A DNA stretch of 64,000 bases from Podarcis vaucheri (GCA_965113315.1 OZ220364.1); one strand, 5' to 3'; shown: positions 24,560-38,892, numbered from the stretch's first letter. Notes: generated by a model from the letters alone, not told the origin. Made by a program: numbers and translations.

Positions 24560-25130
24560 TTCTGTTCAACATCTACATGAAACTGCTGACAGAGGTCATT
24601 TGTAGATTTTGGCTGTGGAGTCATCAGTATGCAGATGACAGCCACCTCTCTCTCATTTTCATTTGTTCCTGTAAGATAGTTGAAAGGCTGAATTGCTGTC
24701 TGATATCTGTGATGGACTGGATAGGGTGCAATGAGGGCAAACATAATTCAGACAGAAGAGGTACTGTTGGTAGTTGGACCGTGTGATATGAGATTGGTTT
24801 TGCAGCCTGTTCGGGGTGGAAAGTGTGAAAGTGCAGATGCTTAGTTTTCTGCAGGTGGTGAGGGGTGCCTTTTCCCAGTATCACCAGGTGCAACAGCTAT
24901 CATCCTCCCTGACACAGGGGAATCTTGCCACAGTCATTCCTCCTCCTCTAGTGACCTTCAGATGACAGTGCTGTAACTGTTTATGTGGGGCTGCCTTTCA
25001 AAAGCGTTTGGAAACCTCAATTAGTTGCAGCCAGAATGCAAGGCACTTTGAATCTGTAATTAATGTATATGAATGCTGATTCTACATGATTTGCACTAGC
25101 TGCTGATTAATTATCATGTTCAGTTGCCTT
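24560..25130 (+). mobile_element. Old L2-type LINE reverse transcriptase fragment
   Basis: LFNIYMKLLTEVI...HQYADDSHL (RT YADD motif), degenerate downstream. Confidence 0.75.
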
Positions 25131-28100
25131 GAACCCTCTTGTGAGGAACCCCAGGCTTTTGCCAGAGTTCAGCCTGCTCCAGAGAGGGTGCTCACCACAC
25201 AACACCCTGCCTCTTCTTAGCTAGGCAGATAATAAACCAGAACTCCAGCTAACACTGCACAACTCTCTGGCTTGCTGAAGACCAGAAGGTCACTGCAGGG
25301 CTGGTCCCTTTGCATCAGCCAGTCCACCCAATCTGACACACAGCAATGCGCATCTGCCATCAGCTCTGTCTTCTTTTGGTTTTTTATTTATTTCAAGATC
25401 AGAGCACTTGGGAAATGTGAAGTGCTTCCGATCTCCTCCGATGTTTCCAAAATTGACAAGCCAATTGGAGCAGTTCATTTCAACAGTATAATGTAAGACA
25501 GTAGGGGGTCATTTTGTTGCTGCAATTGGCAAGGATTTCTAATCCTTAGTTTTTAACAATCTACTATAAACCCCTTGGGGATCTGTTAGTAGAGTATCTT
25601 CAGTCCACCCCGGCCTAGAGCATACAAATATAGGGTAACGTCATGAATGATTGGTGGCTATTTAGCTTCCTGCATAGTTTCATTTGAATTAACTAGTTAA
25701 GCAACTCTGCAGTAGGATTAGATTTCTCTAACAGTGATCCCTGTATTTCATGTTTATTAAATCCTCATAAAGAAAGCATGCTAGTTAAATCAGGGTGGGT
25801 TTTGTCTATCCTGCTAAGCACTGAAAAATTTGTGTCTGTTTTTCAGAGATGTCCTATGTCCTTTCAAACAAGGTGTTCTCTAGATTTGTGTCATCTTCTC
25901 CAGAACTGTTGACTGGATTTGCTTTCCTACCTTGCCCTGTCCAAATCCAGGTTTAAATGTGACTGTCTTTGATCTTATATTAGCTTGGCAACCCTAAATG
26001 CTTAAGCAACAATAAACAAGTATGTTACTTGTCAACCACCCACTGGGGAAGATGCATAGAGTGCATCTGTCAGTGAAATTTTAGGCTTTAATCATCTGTA
26101 CCCTTAGAGCTAGGTTGGCTGGCCAATTTCATTTAGACAAGGACTATGAGTTATTGGTACTCCTGGCTGAAATGTGGCAGACTTCCTTTGTTGATCACTC
26201 CTGCAAGCTTAGTGTTAGCAGGACCAGTTGCTTCTCCAGGTTTCCTAAAGCCCACCAAAGCCTTCCCATGCCAGTTATATAGAGCAGATGTCAAAGGGAC
26301 TTGTAATTTGGGCAACACATGTTGTCTCTATTCCCAGGGATTCCCTTCCCTCAGTAACAATCAGATGCATAGTTAAAACCTGTGCAGACTTGGAAAGGTT
26401 GGCAGCTAGGTAGAGCTGTTTATGAGAAATTCCTGCAAGATTTGTGATGTACGCATTCAGTGAGATGAATTATGTTCCCAAGTGTAAATATGTTCAAGTG
26501 GTCTGGTCCTTTGCTTCCTAGGTCTTGGTACTGTTGATTTAAGAATATTGATTTCTCCCACTATGCTTTAGGCTCTAGGACAACTTGAAAGATTAGTTTG
26601 CCTCTCTTGAAGACAAGGCATAAAGCAGCAGCAACCCCACTTCTCCGTGTGGCCTGGTTGATGCAAGGACTGCATATTATTCTCTTGGCAATTGTGCATC
26701 TAGTGTTGCAGGAGAAGTGTGATTGGTACATGTATTGAATGGTTATCTTGTTAAATCATAGTGCAAGAAGGCATTGAAGTTAAGAATCCTTACTTTTTGT
26801 AGGAAGGCTTGCTGCTTTTTCTCTCCCTCTCCCCGCCCCCTTTCCCTTGTACCTTCCCTATCTTATGCTATGGCAAGTTCACAACACTGTGGAATAGAAT
26901 GCCCCTTTGAAGCCTAAGTTGGGCTGGCACCCTCAGCTCTGCAATAGCTGATGGGCAAGTGCTAAACAATAGCTGGTGGGAGGTGCTGTTTGACTCACTG
27001 CTTGCCTGCTAATTTTGGTTCTTGGCCTGAATCGGCTGCAGTTTCCTATTGAGCGCAGCCGTGTTAGGGACATGGCTGGCTGTTCAATCTATTCCCAGGG
27101 AAATTGATTAGGGTCACTGTGTTCTGGGCCTCTGGCAAAGCTACTTTGTCCTTCATCTTCTAGACCACTGGGGCATTGTGGTTGAAGGGTGGAAAACCAG
27201 TGTCTCTCTCCTGTAGGTGGGCCTCTTACAGAACATGACTAACTGGTCTTAAAGCAACCTGTAGCTGAGAGAAAGGCTTCAGGATTGAAGAGAGATGAGT
27301 GCTCAACCTTTTTTCTCTGGGCGCTGTGTTAAATTATTCTGACTGCACCTGTACACTCATAATTATTACATAATTCTGTTTTGAAGGCACTGAAGAATTC
27401 AGCAAAAATTGTGCTCGCTCCTTTCTGCTTTGATACTTTTTGTTCTTGCAATATGTCTCAAGGTACCTCCTCCAGTATCTAAAATGTCTTCATTCTGCAC
27501 ATATAACTTAGTGGAAGATGTTCTCAATGAGCTTCTTGCCTTAATTTTGTAATTTTGATGCTTTGCTTTAGGGTCTTATAAGCACAGCAATAGAGGGGCA
27601 TGTCTGTTGTTATCCACTTTTGTCACCTACTTCCTACAGCAACTGCCCTGTACTGTATTTGCTACTAGCAGTAATTTTTGCCTGCCTTGTTGAGGACTTG
27701 AGCACTTAACATTGCCTGTCTTTGAACCTCATCTTTGAGGTAGTATTGCAAAAGGGCAAATTACAAACTCTTTGATCATTGTACCACCTACCAACAAAAC
27801 TTTTGTCTTTTTTGAATTGGGCTACGTTTTATTGGTCAGTTTTATGGTGACCAAAGCAGCATTGGTAGCAAAACTTGGCCAGAAGAAAGATTGATTAGCT
27901 AGATTTGAGAAGCCACCACCCTCTCAAACCCCTTGCCTCTCCTCCTCAGTCAACACATCTCACCAGCCCTGCTTCATGCCTTCCTCAAGTGCTTTTGCTG
28001 GCTGGAATGCATCCTTGAACTGTGATGATCCCACTTCCTCGTTGGGATGGAGAGATGTGTACTTTTGCATGGTCAGCTTCTGCATGATGTGGCTTCTGCA

Positions 28101-30324
28101 TGGTCAGAATGCAACCTACTATACAAAGGTAGTAAGAGCTGCATCTGTCGCTCCACCTACTTCTTGCTTCTGGTCCTGCTTCCTCTCTGGAATACATCTC
28201 TTGGAAAACTGCTCAAGAGGGAACAAGACTCACGTTCAAGTCACTGCTCAACCATGAAGCTCACTGGGTTGTCCTGAGCCAGTAGCTCTTCCTGCTTAAC
28301 TTACCTTACAGGGTACTTAGGAAGATAAAAGCGGAGGGAGCAGGGAGAACCATATATGCTACTCCCTGGCCTTCCTTGAAAAATGGAGTATAATTTAAAA
28401 GCAACTGTATGGCAGGAATCTTTCAGCCATAAAGGTAGGATTATTATAGTGGGACTGGGTGGGAGGTAGGAATGGAATGGTCACTTATAACACTGCACCT
28501 ATCCAGTGGCAGGTGCTGGTAGCATTTGCTCAGCCCCACTGCACACAGTAGTAATAGCACCAAAGACTCCTATGCACGGGAAGAATTGCTTTTCCCAGGC
28601 ATAAATAGTAAGTGCCATCACTGGCAAAGTGCAGTAACTCTTGGAACAGAAGCACAGCTTCTGAGAAAGGCATCTCAACTGCACATGACATGAGTTGCAA
28701 CTGCATACTCATTGCATAAAAATAAAAAAAAACATTGAAGGGCCCTAACAAGAGACTTGTGCTCTATAGGCTCTTTAAAAAAAAGAGCTGTGTACAAGCA
28801 GATGATCATAGCCAGTGCTAAAGCAGTGAATGTGCTTTGTGGAGCCTCTGCCCCCTGCCACTGCCCACAAGCACAGAATGGGATCTGTGTGCATAGAACG
28901 CCAACTGGTGACTATTCTGGAAGTGAGCCAGGGACTGGCAGCTTGAATGCCAGTGTTGAATGGTGTCATTGTTTCTTATTGATACACCTGCCCAAGAGCC
29001 ATAGATTCTGGAAATGCAAGAGAATGAAATTTGCGAGGAAAAAACAATGTCCAATCTTAAGTGAGAAAGGGAGCAGTATTATGATAGAAAGGGTTTGGTG
29101 GCTGCTGAGAGGAGACAATGAAGACAGCGAGAGCCACAGCAAAACTCCAGATTCCTCCACTGAGCATGTAAGCTTCCACGTTGGCTGCTCCCAGGACTGG
29201 ACTGCACTAGCAAAAAATTCCATATCAAGTAGAAGTACAAAAGCACTTTTGCCATATTTTAAATGGAATACATAAACAGGGTTCTTACTTGTTCTCAACA
29301 AACTTCTCCTTCAGAAAGTTGAGGAAACAATGAGGGACATGCTATTTTTAGATCAGAATCTGACTAATAGGAAGGAAATGTTTGAGTCTGTGAAAACAGT
29401 TGGCTATGTAAAAGAAAGTAACTATGAACTGCTGAAATCCATGATCCTGAAATAGGAAGAGGAAGGGCAGCAGAATAGCAATGAATGTTTAACAGCTGAA
29501 AGCTTCAAAAAGAGCATTAGCTTTTTGAAAAGTGTTGGCTGGAAAAATGTTTTGAAAGGAGAATCTATGATAGCAATCAAAGCCTGATGTTCTTTCCTAA
29601 TATGATCAGGGCAGGAAATGGGACCTCCAAAACAAAGTTGAAAGGAAGTCAACCTACCTTAATATCTGGCTCTGACTGATGGTGCAAATGGGGACATCTT
29701 GCATTGCTTCTACTGTCTGACCCTTAGAGAAAGGGAGCTCTGTTATGAGAAATGCAGCTGCCTGGAACACCTGTGTTCTCCATGATTGCAAGTCATCATT
29801 TGGTGTGACATTCTTGGGGTCTTCTGGGAATCTCTCTTGTGCCAACCCTAGGCATTTTGCTGCCTCAAGTAGAGTCCGAATTATGTCGACTAGGGTCAGC
29901 ATTTTAAAATGTCTTTGCCACCTATTCAGATACAGATTCTTGCCTTCATCCATCTCTTCATCACTGCCCCTTTGGTGCCACATACAGCAGAACTCTACCT
30001 TGTTACATGGTAGGGATGGTCATGATCCCCCCCCCTTTTGGAGATCATAAATTCTAAAAACAAACAATTTCAGACCAAATAGGTTAAAAAAAATGTAACT
30101 GTGCCTGCAGCACTAAAGGAAACCATTACTCACCTTGGAACCTGTTGGTAATTGGCCTTCTAGGGTGGTCTGATCCATCAAGAAGTATGCCATGCTGTTT
30201 TGTCTCCAACTGTAGTCCTTTGCACTACTTTACAGGTGAAACATTTCCATGTGTGTCTGAAGGTTGGAAGGATGTTTGCCATGTCTGAAAGTGGGGTATA
30301 AATGTATTTAAAAAATAAAAAATT

Positions 30325-30408
30325 GTCCAGTAGCACCTTAGAGACCAACTACTGATAAGTTTGTTCTTGGTATGAGCTTTCATGTACATGCAGACTTCTT
30401 CAGATACC
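30325..30408 (-). mobile_element. Penelope-like terminal repeat remnant with minimal hammerhead ribozyme motif
   Basis: Minus strand 30408->30369 reads GGUAU CUGAAGA A GUCUGCAUGUACAU GAAA GCUC AUACC. Confidence 0.65.
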
Positions 30409-32577
30409 TTGTGAGGTTGATGGACTTGCATTTCATGGGGCTCAATGTGGTGCCTTCCATGGTTCTAGATTCAGGTAGGTGTTGGTCTGATGCAGTAGAA
30501 ATATATAAATTAAAAAGTGTCCAGTTGGGTAGTCACCTTCCCATTGAACAGACTTCAGTAAGAAGTGCTCCTGGCTAGCCTGGCCCGCTCCTGAAATGAA
30601 GAAACCAAGGACTGACGCCATCAGTTGTTTGATGGTATCTCCCTCCCTTCCAGTATTCTTGGAGCCTGCTGACCATCATTCCGTCAGATGCATTCAGAAC
30701 CTGGCACTTTCAGACAGAGCCTCCTTCCCATATGCTGCCAGAAATCATTGGATGCTCTTCACAGGGGCTATTACAAAATTCTGAGACAGACTCAGAACAG
30801 CTGATGCTCGAAAAGCAAAAGCTGGGGGGGAGGGTTTGCTTTTGATTCATTCTTGCTTATGAGACGCTCTGAGAAGGTTGGGCTGATCTTTGAGCATCCT
30901 CTGTATGGAGGTTATCTTTAGCTCAGCTACCGAGCAGTCATTCCTTCTGAATCACTGTTCTGCTTTTCTCTTGAGAAATTAGTCCAGCTCTGACTTGAGG
31001 GAGCAATGTGAAGCCTTAGGCCTTCTGGCATCTCATTGTACTTGTGCTGGATAGGACTGCTTTTATCTCCTCAAATATATGTGTGTGTGCCTATGTTGTA
31101 GATTTCATTCAACTTCGTATTTCCACGTGAGTCCTGCTACTATCTCTAGCTGCTTCTGTTGGGCCACCACCTCAAGAGAGTCCTGTGCTGGGTAGCTGCA
31201 TATGCTTAATCTTCTAGTAAATTGGCAATTGTGGTGTAGCTGTCATGCCTTATTATCTCACTGGTCATCACCTGCAGGCCATGTAAACAAGGCTCTCTCC
31301 TCTCATCCCTTGGTATTTTCTTTTGGATTAGGAGCTGCTCTTGTATAGGTTACTTTAAGCCTGTGTTAACCTGTTTCTATTAACGAAAAGAGACACAGGG
31401 CTATCTGTTCTTGGCAAGCATGTGCTTGAACTTGCTTTCTGTTCTGGTGTTTGTTTTTAGGATCTGATCTGGGGCAGCTGGGTTAAGAGGCGATTCCTTT
31501 TCAATCTTTGGGGCTTCCTCTCTTTTTCAGCAGCCGCATGACACTTCACTCGCATACATCAAAGTAAAAACCTAACAAGTAATGAGGGTGAGTGAAGCAG
31601 GAGCTCAAGGTGGAACTGAGATCACTAATGGCAGAATGAAAATCTCACGTCTGGGCTGATAAAATGTTTTCATTCCGAGGGAACAAAAGAAAGGGGTTTC
31701 TCTCGGCACCAGCTGGAGACTTGGGCTTTTACTTTCTCTGCTTACTTTCCCCTCTTAAGGAATAGAAAAGAGATGTATAGTCACCACTTGAAAACAAGCA
31801 AGTGCACCGCTACCTTTCCTCTTTTAATCTGGAAAACAAGAAGGGTGAGTGCATGCAGGCTGGTCTTTGCAGGGCATGGGGGGAGGATCTACGGCAGCCT
31901 TTTGTGATAGGCTTGTGAATGAGCCGCCTTTGGTGACTGGCAGTATCTTTCTCGCCACCTCCTCCTCTCTTTCTCTTTGCATTGCCATCCCCTGCCCCCC
32001 TTCTCCCCCCCAGCATTGTTTCGTAACCAGCTGTCCCACTTACAGAACAGTTGTTTCTGGACTTCGGGGAAGTGTTACACTGGGGGGGAAATGGTTTGCA
32101 CAGCATCTGCGATGACTCTCTCGACCTCATCTCTAGGCAGAGGCCACGTTGGCACGGTCTAGTTCAAGCCTCACTCCACTTGGAATCTCAGGAGCTCCGT
32201 GTATGGTGGATCTTCAAGGTGGAGCCTGAATAAGCAGCAGGTGTTCCAGAGTAGCCTTTCCAGGTGCTATGGTAGATCACTCCTGCTGGCTATAACGGTG
32301 GCCTACACTGATGCAGTCGAAGGAAAGGGAGAGAAGGCGAAACAGGCGTGCCCTGGAGCTGCGCTCAGCCCTTTGCTGGCTGGGGACTCTCTTTCGCTTC
32401 CAGGAGAAGTTGAGCTCCAGGCGGGGGCCGTGTTTGCTTTTGCCACCAGGGGCAAAGTCCCCCATGAGCCGCCGGGTCAGCCCTTCCCCGCCACCCGTTT
32501 TGACCTTTTAACTGTATGGTTGCAGCTACGGAAACAGCCAGGTCACCAGGTGGACCCTTGGGGTTGAGGGCCACCGA

Positions 32578-32584
32578 ATGGATG
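32578..32584 (+). CDS. Candidate short alternative first coding exon (M-D-V, Calpha2/CalphaS-like)
   Basis: ATG GAT G|GTAAGG, phase 1, giving MDVKEFLAK with exon 2. In-frame stop upstream at 32509-32511. Sits at the end of a CpG-enriched block (~31800-32640). Confidence 0.4.
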
Positions 32585-33845
32585 GTAAGGAACCACGGGG
32601 TCCTGGGTGGGTGAACGGACTGCTGTCTGCTTTCTCCCTCGCTCCCTGTGTTTATTAGACAGCTGCTTCTTTCAAGGAATGTATGGTGAGAAAAAGGCTC
32701 TAAAGACAAAGACATACATGGATCTATCTGTGACGCTGAATGTGGCACAGTAAATTTTTGAGCAGATGGGTTTGTACTCACATGCAGCCCCCACAACAAA
32801 TCAGCTTTGACTGTCATAGACATATGTAGAAACTATTTAAATGGTTAGCCTTGGGGGAGTTATTCCTGATGAATTATGTTTCCACTAACTCCAGAATTTA
32901 TCCCCTTTTATTTCCAGTTAAAGAACCTTGAGCGTTGAACAAAAGATGCTCAGAGCTGCTGTTTTCTCTCTAAGGGTACCATTTTTGCTTTATGAATTTG
33001 CAGCACGTCGTAGTTTGAGCTGAGCTTTCTTGCTGCTATTACCATCCTAATTGCTGTTTTAAATGCTTATATGAAGGAAGAATCTGCCAGTTTATTCTAA
33101 GTGGTAGATTCAAAGCCTCAAAAATCAAAGGTGTTGGCACCATAAAGAGTAAGGAGGGTCAATTAGGAGAAGTCTAAGGATCAACATGCTCAAGCGTGTG
33201 CTCCTTGCTGACAAGCCGCCTAAAGCCAATTCTGATAACTTTCACCCATTCCATTGGACATGGTTGTATTTAAAATGTCTAGCTCTCAAGGTTGTGATGA
33301 AGTATCAGAAATAGCTGTTTAGATTCTGCTAAACACTTAGGATATGGATGAGTCTTGAAGCAGATTCTCTTGTTTCCTGGAATTCTAACATTTTATCAGT
33401 ATTCCAAACTCATGGGAGTGGCAAGGGTGGAGAAGGCTCATCATTTGTGGGGTAGGAGGGAAAGGTTAAAGTTCCCTCTCTATTTTTTTTTAACTGACTG
33501 GCTTCCTAATGGTGCATTTAAGTGTTACATCTAATTTGGCTTTCAGTGACAAATGGCAGGTGAAAACATTTTCCCCTGGAAACCTATGCCTGCTCACTTT
33601 GACCACTGGTCTTCTCTAGAGGCCTTTCTTTCTCCCCCATTAATGTCTGTTGTTACACCTTCTGACCTGGTCACTACAATCTCAGTTATAGGGTGATGGG
33701 CAGCCTATTGGTGAAGAAACTGCACCATGCTTTTTTCTCAGAAACACTGTCCTGTCACTTATTAGGACCATGTTCACAGATGTCATGGCTGAGCTGAGAT
33801 GTCATGAGACTTCCTGTTTCAGCCGCCAATAAAAAATAGAGCCAT

Positions 33846-34075
33846 TGTGATGTAGTGTTACTGTATTGGACTTGGACTGGGGAGACCCTGGGTTCTAATC
33901 CCCACTCAGCTATGAAACCCACTGGGTGACCTTGGATCAGTGACTCTTAGCCTAATCTGCTCACAACTTTTGTTAGTATAATTGGAGAAAGGGGGATAAT
34001 AGAATTGTGTATGGTGCCCTGAGCTCCTTGGAAGAAGAGCGAGATATAAATGTAATAAGAAATAAAAAAATAAAT
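33846..34075 (+). mobile_element. Old tRNA-derived SINE (Squam3/MIR-like)
   Basis: tgatgtagtg...gggttctaatccccactcagc...gggtgaccttgg and an A-rich tail. Similar decayed copies near 4900, 10880, 46430 and 50960. Confidence 0.6.
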
Positions 34076-35402
34076 ATTTTACATCCTCAAAAGTATCACA
34101 AGCAAAATGAAATTTGCATAAATCTGTCCCATGGTTGATTCCAATTGCAGGCATTGGTTTACTGGTCATAGGATATTTCTTAGAAGTGTTGAGGGCATGA
34201 GGTTATAGAACCAGATTACCTGCACTTGGCCTAGAAATTAAGGGCACATGCACACCATACATCCCAACACACATTTAAAGTGCATGGCTTTCCCAAAAGA
34301 ATCCTGGGAACTCTATTTCTCTCCCCCCCCCCCAGTACCTTCAACTACATATTCCAGGATTCCTCGGAGGAAGTTATGTGCTTTAACTGTGTGTTGGTTG
34401 TGCTTCAAGGGTGTGGCATGGATCTGCCCTAAATCTGCTAGTCTGTATCCCATCCTTTTGCTGACTGGCTTTCTATACTAGAGAGATTACAATGGCGTCT
34501 GTTCCTGTATAGCCACTGAAAAAGACAGGAGAATGCAAGGCAGTGTATTGATAACATCTGGCTGGCCTGTGCTTGCCTATGGCCAAGGCTCTTAGGATGT
34601 TTAAGATCCCTCTGAGATAACATACAAGTTACGCACCAAAGCCAACACTTGCCCCTCAAGAGACTTGTTAGCCAAGTGATGATGCTTTTTTGTTGTTGTT
34701 TTGGAAACCTTGTGAGGCCCCTTGTGTTGGAGAATATATTGGTTTCCGTCTCCAGTTGCTAGCAGTGCAGGAGTGAGATTAAATTCTAATTTCATATCTG
34801 AATTAATGCTGAAAAGACCCAGAGTGATAAAGTGGTGAAACAAAACCAGTAAAACATTAAATGAGGAACATTGAGGTGGCAATGTTCAGATGCAGAATCC
34901 CACGCAGACTGCTTCCCAACAGTCCTGCAAAAAGATGTTTTCCTTGCATTTCTAAAATGTCACCGTGAAAATCATTGCCACACTTCTTCTGGGAACTCAT
35001 TCCAAACCTGCTGGAAAGGTCCTGCTCCTTCCAATTGAAGTTGTAACTTCTGGAAGATGGGGATTTTTATCTGGGCCCAACCAGAAGTTCCTAATGGGAG
35101 GCTAGTGTATGTGTGTCAGGAACACAGGAAGCTACCTTCCACCAAAGCAGACAATTGGTCAGTCTAATTTAGGGATGGAGTCCCTGTGGCCCTCCAGATG
35201 TTGGACTCCATCTTCCATCAGTCCCAGCTGGCATGACCAATGACCAGGGATGATGAGAGTTGTGGCCCAACAACATGGATGGCCACAGGTTACCATCTCT
35301 AGTCTAGACTGACTGGGAGCACCTTTCCAGGATTTCAGACAGGTCTTTCCCAACCTACTTGGAGATACTAGAGATTGAGCCTGGAGCGTTCTGCATGTAA
35401 AG

Positions 35403-35531
35403 CAGGGGTGGGGAACCTGGGGCCCTCCAGCTGTTCTTGGACTTTTTACTCGCATCGGCCCCAGCCAGCATGGCCAATGGTAAGGGACAATGGGAGCTGG
35501 AGGTGAGCAATATCTGGAGGCCCAGAGGTTT
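35403..35531. mobile_element. Palindromic hAT-like MITE (adjacent to another copy at 35170-35295)
   Basis: caggggtggggaacctggggccctccag...tctggaggcccagaggtt inverted structure. Confidence 0.6.
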
Positions 35532-38500
35532 TTCAGTTGCATGTGCCCTATTGCTATACGGGTGTCCCCCCTACTTAGGCAGAGATTATGTTTCAGGGCC
35601 CACGCACATAAGCAAAAATCGTGTAAGTGGGGAGCACCCTCTAAAAAGCCTCTGAACGCCTGCTTTTCCCTGCTCTCCAGCTCTCTCTACAATGCAGACT
35701 AAAATATCAGCTCTGGGGCTGGTTGGAGGCTGGAGGACACGCAGGTAAGTAGTGGTGGCGGCTGTGGCTGCTGCAGTACCCCGCCCATCAGCTGTTAGAG
35801 AGGGAGGCTGTGTGCTCGGGTCTCTTTGGGGCTTCCTCCGCCGTCACTGATGTCTTTTTCAGGCTTTAGGGAGGGTCTCCTCACAAGCAACAAGGACTGT
35901 TCAGCTCTCTCCCACGATTTCCTGCTTTGCATTTTTTTATTTATTTCCTGGCACTGCATGTATATGTGTTTGTGTACAAGTTTATTGCCTGTAGTCTTTC
36001 CCTCTTGTATGGCCAGAATGCCTAGTAACCTACAGTTACTTCAGCTTCCCTTCTGATAGGGAGTGCAGTTCATCTCCTTGAGCAGCCTGGACCTTGTTTT
36101 TACTCCATGCAGAAGATACCATCTGCCTGGGAATGCAAATGGTGCCATACCAACAATTATTTGAAGCATGTGTGGTTCCACAAAATGTGTTCCGTAAATA
36201 ACACTGGGGCTTTTATTCCCTAGTGCAGCTTTTCTTTTGTATTCCCTTCCATTTGTTTATTCTTAAGGCGTTTATATGCGGCTTAATCATAAGCATTTCC
36301 ACCAAGTATTTTCTGAGAGGACTGTGACCTAAGCTGCAGAGCAGCTAAAATAGCATTTGGAGGTAGCCTTCTCCATGGGAAGCACAAAATAAGTTTTTTA
36401 AAAAACATAAATACAGCATGTCCATCATACGATGCTCTAATTTGCCATGCTCATGAAAATCATATGCAAATGGTATTTCATGTGGATTAGCACTGAACTT
36501 TCAGCTCCTGCAGCTTTTCTCGAGGTGCCCCTCTTTCGAACAAGGTGCTCCACCTTGGCTGTTGCTTTGCTGATCTCCGAAGTGCAGAGAGAAAAGAGGT
36601 GAATTCGTGTGTCTGATGCGAACAGCTTCTGCGTGGTGAATAAGCCTGGTGGGAGAACCCTTTGAGGATGAAAGCGTGCATGGTGGAGATTGGCGCAGTT
36701 AAAGAGAGTGCCTGCCTATGTTGCTTGAGTGCCCTGTGCTCAGTTTATCTGCCAGCAATGCAGCCTAGTAGTTGTGTTTTGGATACAGTGGGAGAAGGAG
36801 GAGATACCGGAGGCTTTGAAAGATTACTAGGGCTGCATCTCTATTAGTCCCCTATGCTCTGGTGTTTATCTTGGCACAGGTCAGTCTGTGAGGCTCTTGT
36901 GCAATTGGACATGGTCGATTAGTTCCATAAGCTGGATTCATGGAGTCTGACCAAGCCAGTGTGAATAGAAAATGCCTTCATCGGGTTCACTGTTTAAGGG
37001 GTGCTCTCAGCTCAAATGGTGTAATGGAGAGTTATTTCTGTGGCAAGAGATGCTTTTAACACCTGGGGCTTTGTCGTAATAAGGCAAATGGTGTGTTTCT
37101 GCTCTTTCCCCCTTGTTGCTTCTATTCAGCCAACCAATTTCTTGTTCTGTTGTCATCTGCAATTCTGGCTGCAACAGCGGTTGAAGATGTGTGGGGAGGG
37201 GAGCATAATTAGGAAGGGAAATGGCTGGAGAATCCAACCCCCTTGGGCCAACCCAGTCTTGTATACAGCATACTGTCTCTCGCAGCAGCTAGCATAAGAA
37301 ACCTATTACAAGAAAGGTAGAAGAGCCCTCTAGTGGTCATAGAAAGGATGTTTTCACACATATATTGGGTATCTTAATCTGCAACAGAAATTTGCTGAAG
37401 CCCTAAAGCTGGGGTGGGGAGCCTGTGTCCCCCAGAAGTTGCTGGACTATAACTCCCATAATCCCAGACCATTAACCATATTGGCTGAGGCTTATGGGTG
37501 GCCCACTTTAACTGATTCCGCAGCCCCGCCCTATGCACTTCAGATCTCATGAAGGCAACCCTCTTAAAGGAAACAAGGGGCACCCAAAAATAAAGTAATG
37601 ATTTCTGCATACTCTGAGGACTCTCTGGGAGACATGCAGAAGTATGTAAGTTTCTGAGCTGAAAGAGAGAACAACTTTTTGAAAAGAGAAAAAAAGCACT
37701 GTGGGCACTTTAAGAGTTTTGGAATGTCAGTGACATACAGAAAAATAGACTATTTACTGGTGCAGTTCATCTCTGTCGGAAGAGGGAAATTCTAGGTTCA
37801 TGTTGCACCCCAAAAGTAAGAGGTGCTGTCTTTTTGCTGCTAGCCTCTTCTGGGAGGGGGTTGGGGGCCAGGGTGGGGCCCATGCTGCTGTTGCTGTCCA
37901 TTTACAGCAATGTTAAAATCCTGGGTTTCCTTCATTGTTTTATGTGAGCAGCTCTTAGTTCTGCCCTGGAGGATGGAAAAAGTGGGTCAGATTGGAAGTT
38001 GGGCATGCTGCGTTAGTCTAGCAATTATGTCTATGGCTGCAGGCTGTTGAGCCATAGAATGATGGTGTCAGTTAAAAGTGGCAAGCAGAGGGGGAGGTTG
38101 GGGGATGCATGCCATGAGGCTAAAATATTTTCACCCTATATATCCCTCTATTTTGATAATTTTTTTTAAAAAGGTGCTCGTACTCATGTCTTGATAAAAG
38201 TGCTGTGGGTACCAGACCAAATGGCTACCTTGGCAGCAAAAGGTGCCTGCACTCCATATTGGTGAGTGCTGCCCTCCCAGAAACAATATATGCACACATT
38301 CATACATATATCTCAATAAAACACTTGGGTTCAGGATTGGCAACCAGCCTTGAACCCTGGGCAAGTTAGCATTTATAGCAGACTCGGGGAATGTTTATAA
38401 CATGTGGGAAAGCAAAAATATGTGAATCTTGAATAGTACTGCTGGCCTCCTGTTTCAGGCTATGCGGAACCCTGAACATTTAGAATTATTTTCTCTGTAT

Positions 38501-38892
38501 GCCCAAGTAGCTGAATTAAATCCAAAGGTGTGCCAGATACATTAAAATTGAGAAAAGGTGAAGCCCATTCCTTTGTTTTTCAGATCTAGCAAAAAGATTG
38601 TAAAATGCTGACCTACAGCTCCCATCATTCTTGACTGTTCCTGACCATTCTGGCTCAGACTTGCGGGAATTGGAGCCTAGTGACACCTGGAGGGCCACAA
38701 AACTTAACAGAATTCTGCTGCCTTTTGCAAACTTGCTTCAAAGCGTTCTGGTCAGTGAGAGTGCTTCAGAAAGGAAAGCTGAATCTGCTCTTCTCCAGCC
38801 TTCTCAGCTCAGGCTGTGGGTACCATGGCCACAGAATACTGCTCTTCACGTTGGGTCTGTAATACAGGGGGAGGGAACAGCTGTCTTTGGAA

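Noticed and set aside
28757-29301. 172-aa ORF and antisense ORFs
   Set aside because: Non-ATG start, no family motifs, composition typical of intron.
35692-35750. ATG...CAG|GTAAGT perfect donor as a first exon
   Set aside because: Phase 2, incompatible with exon 2, and it adjoins a transposon-like fragment (~35559-35640).
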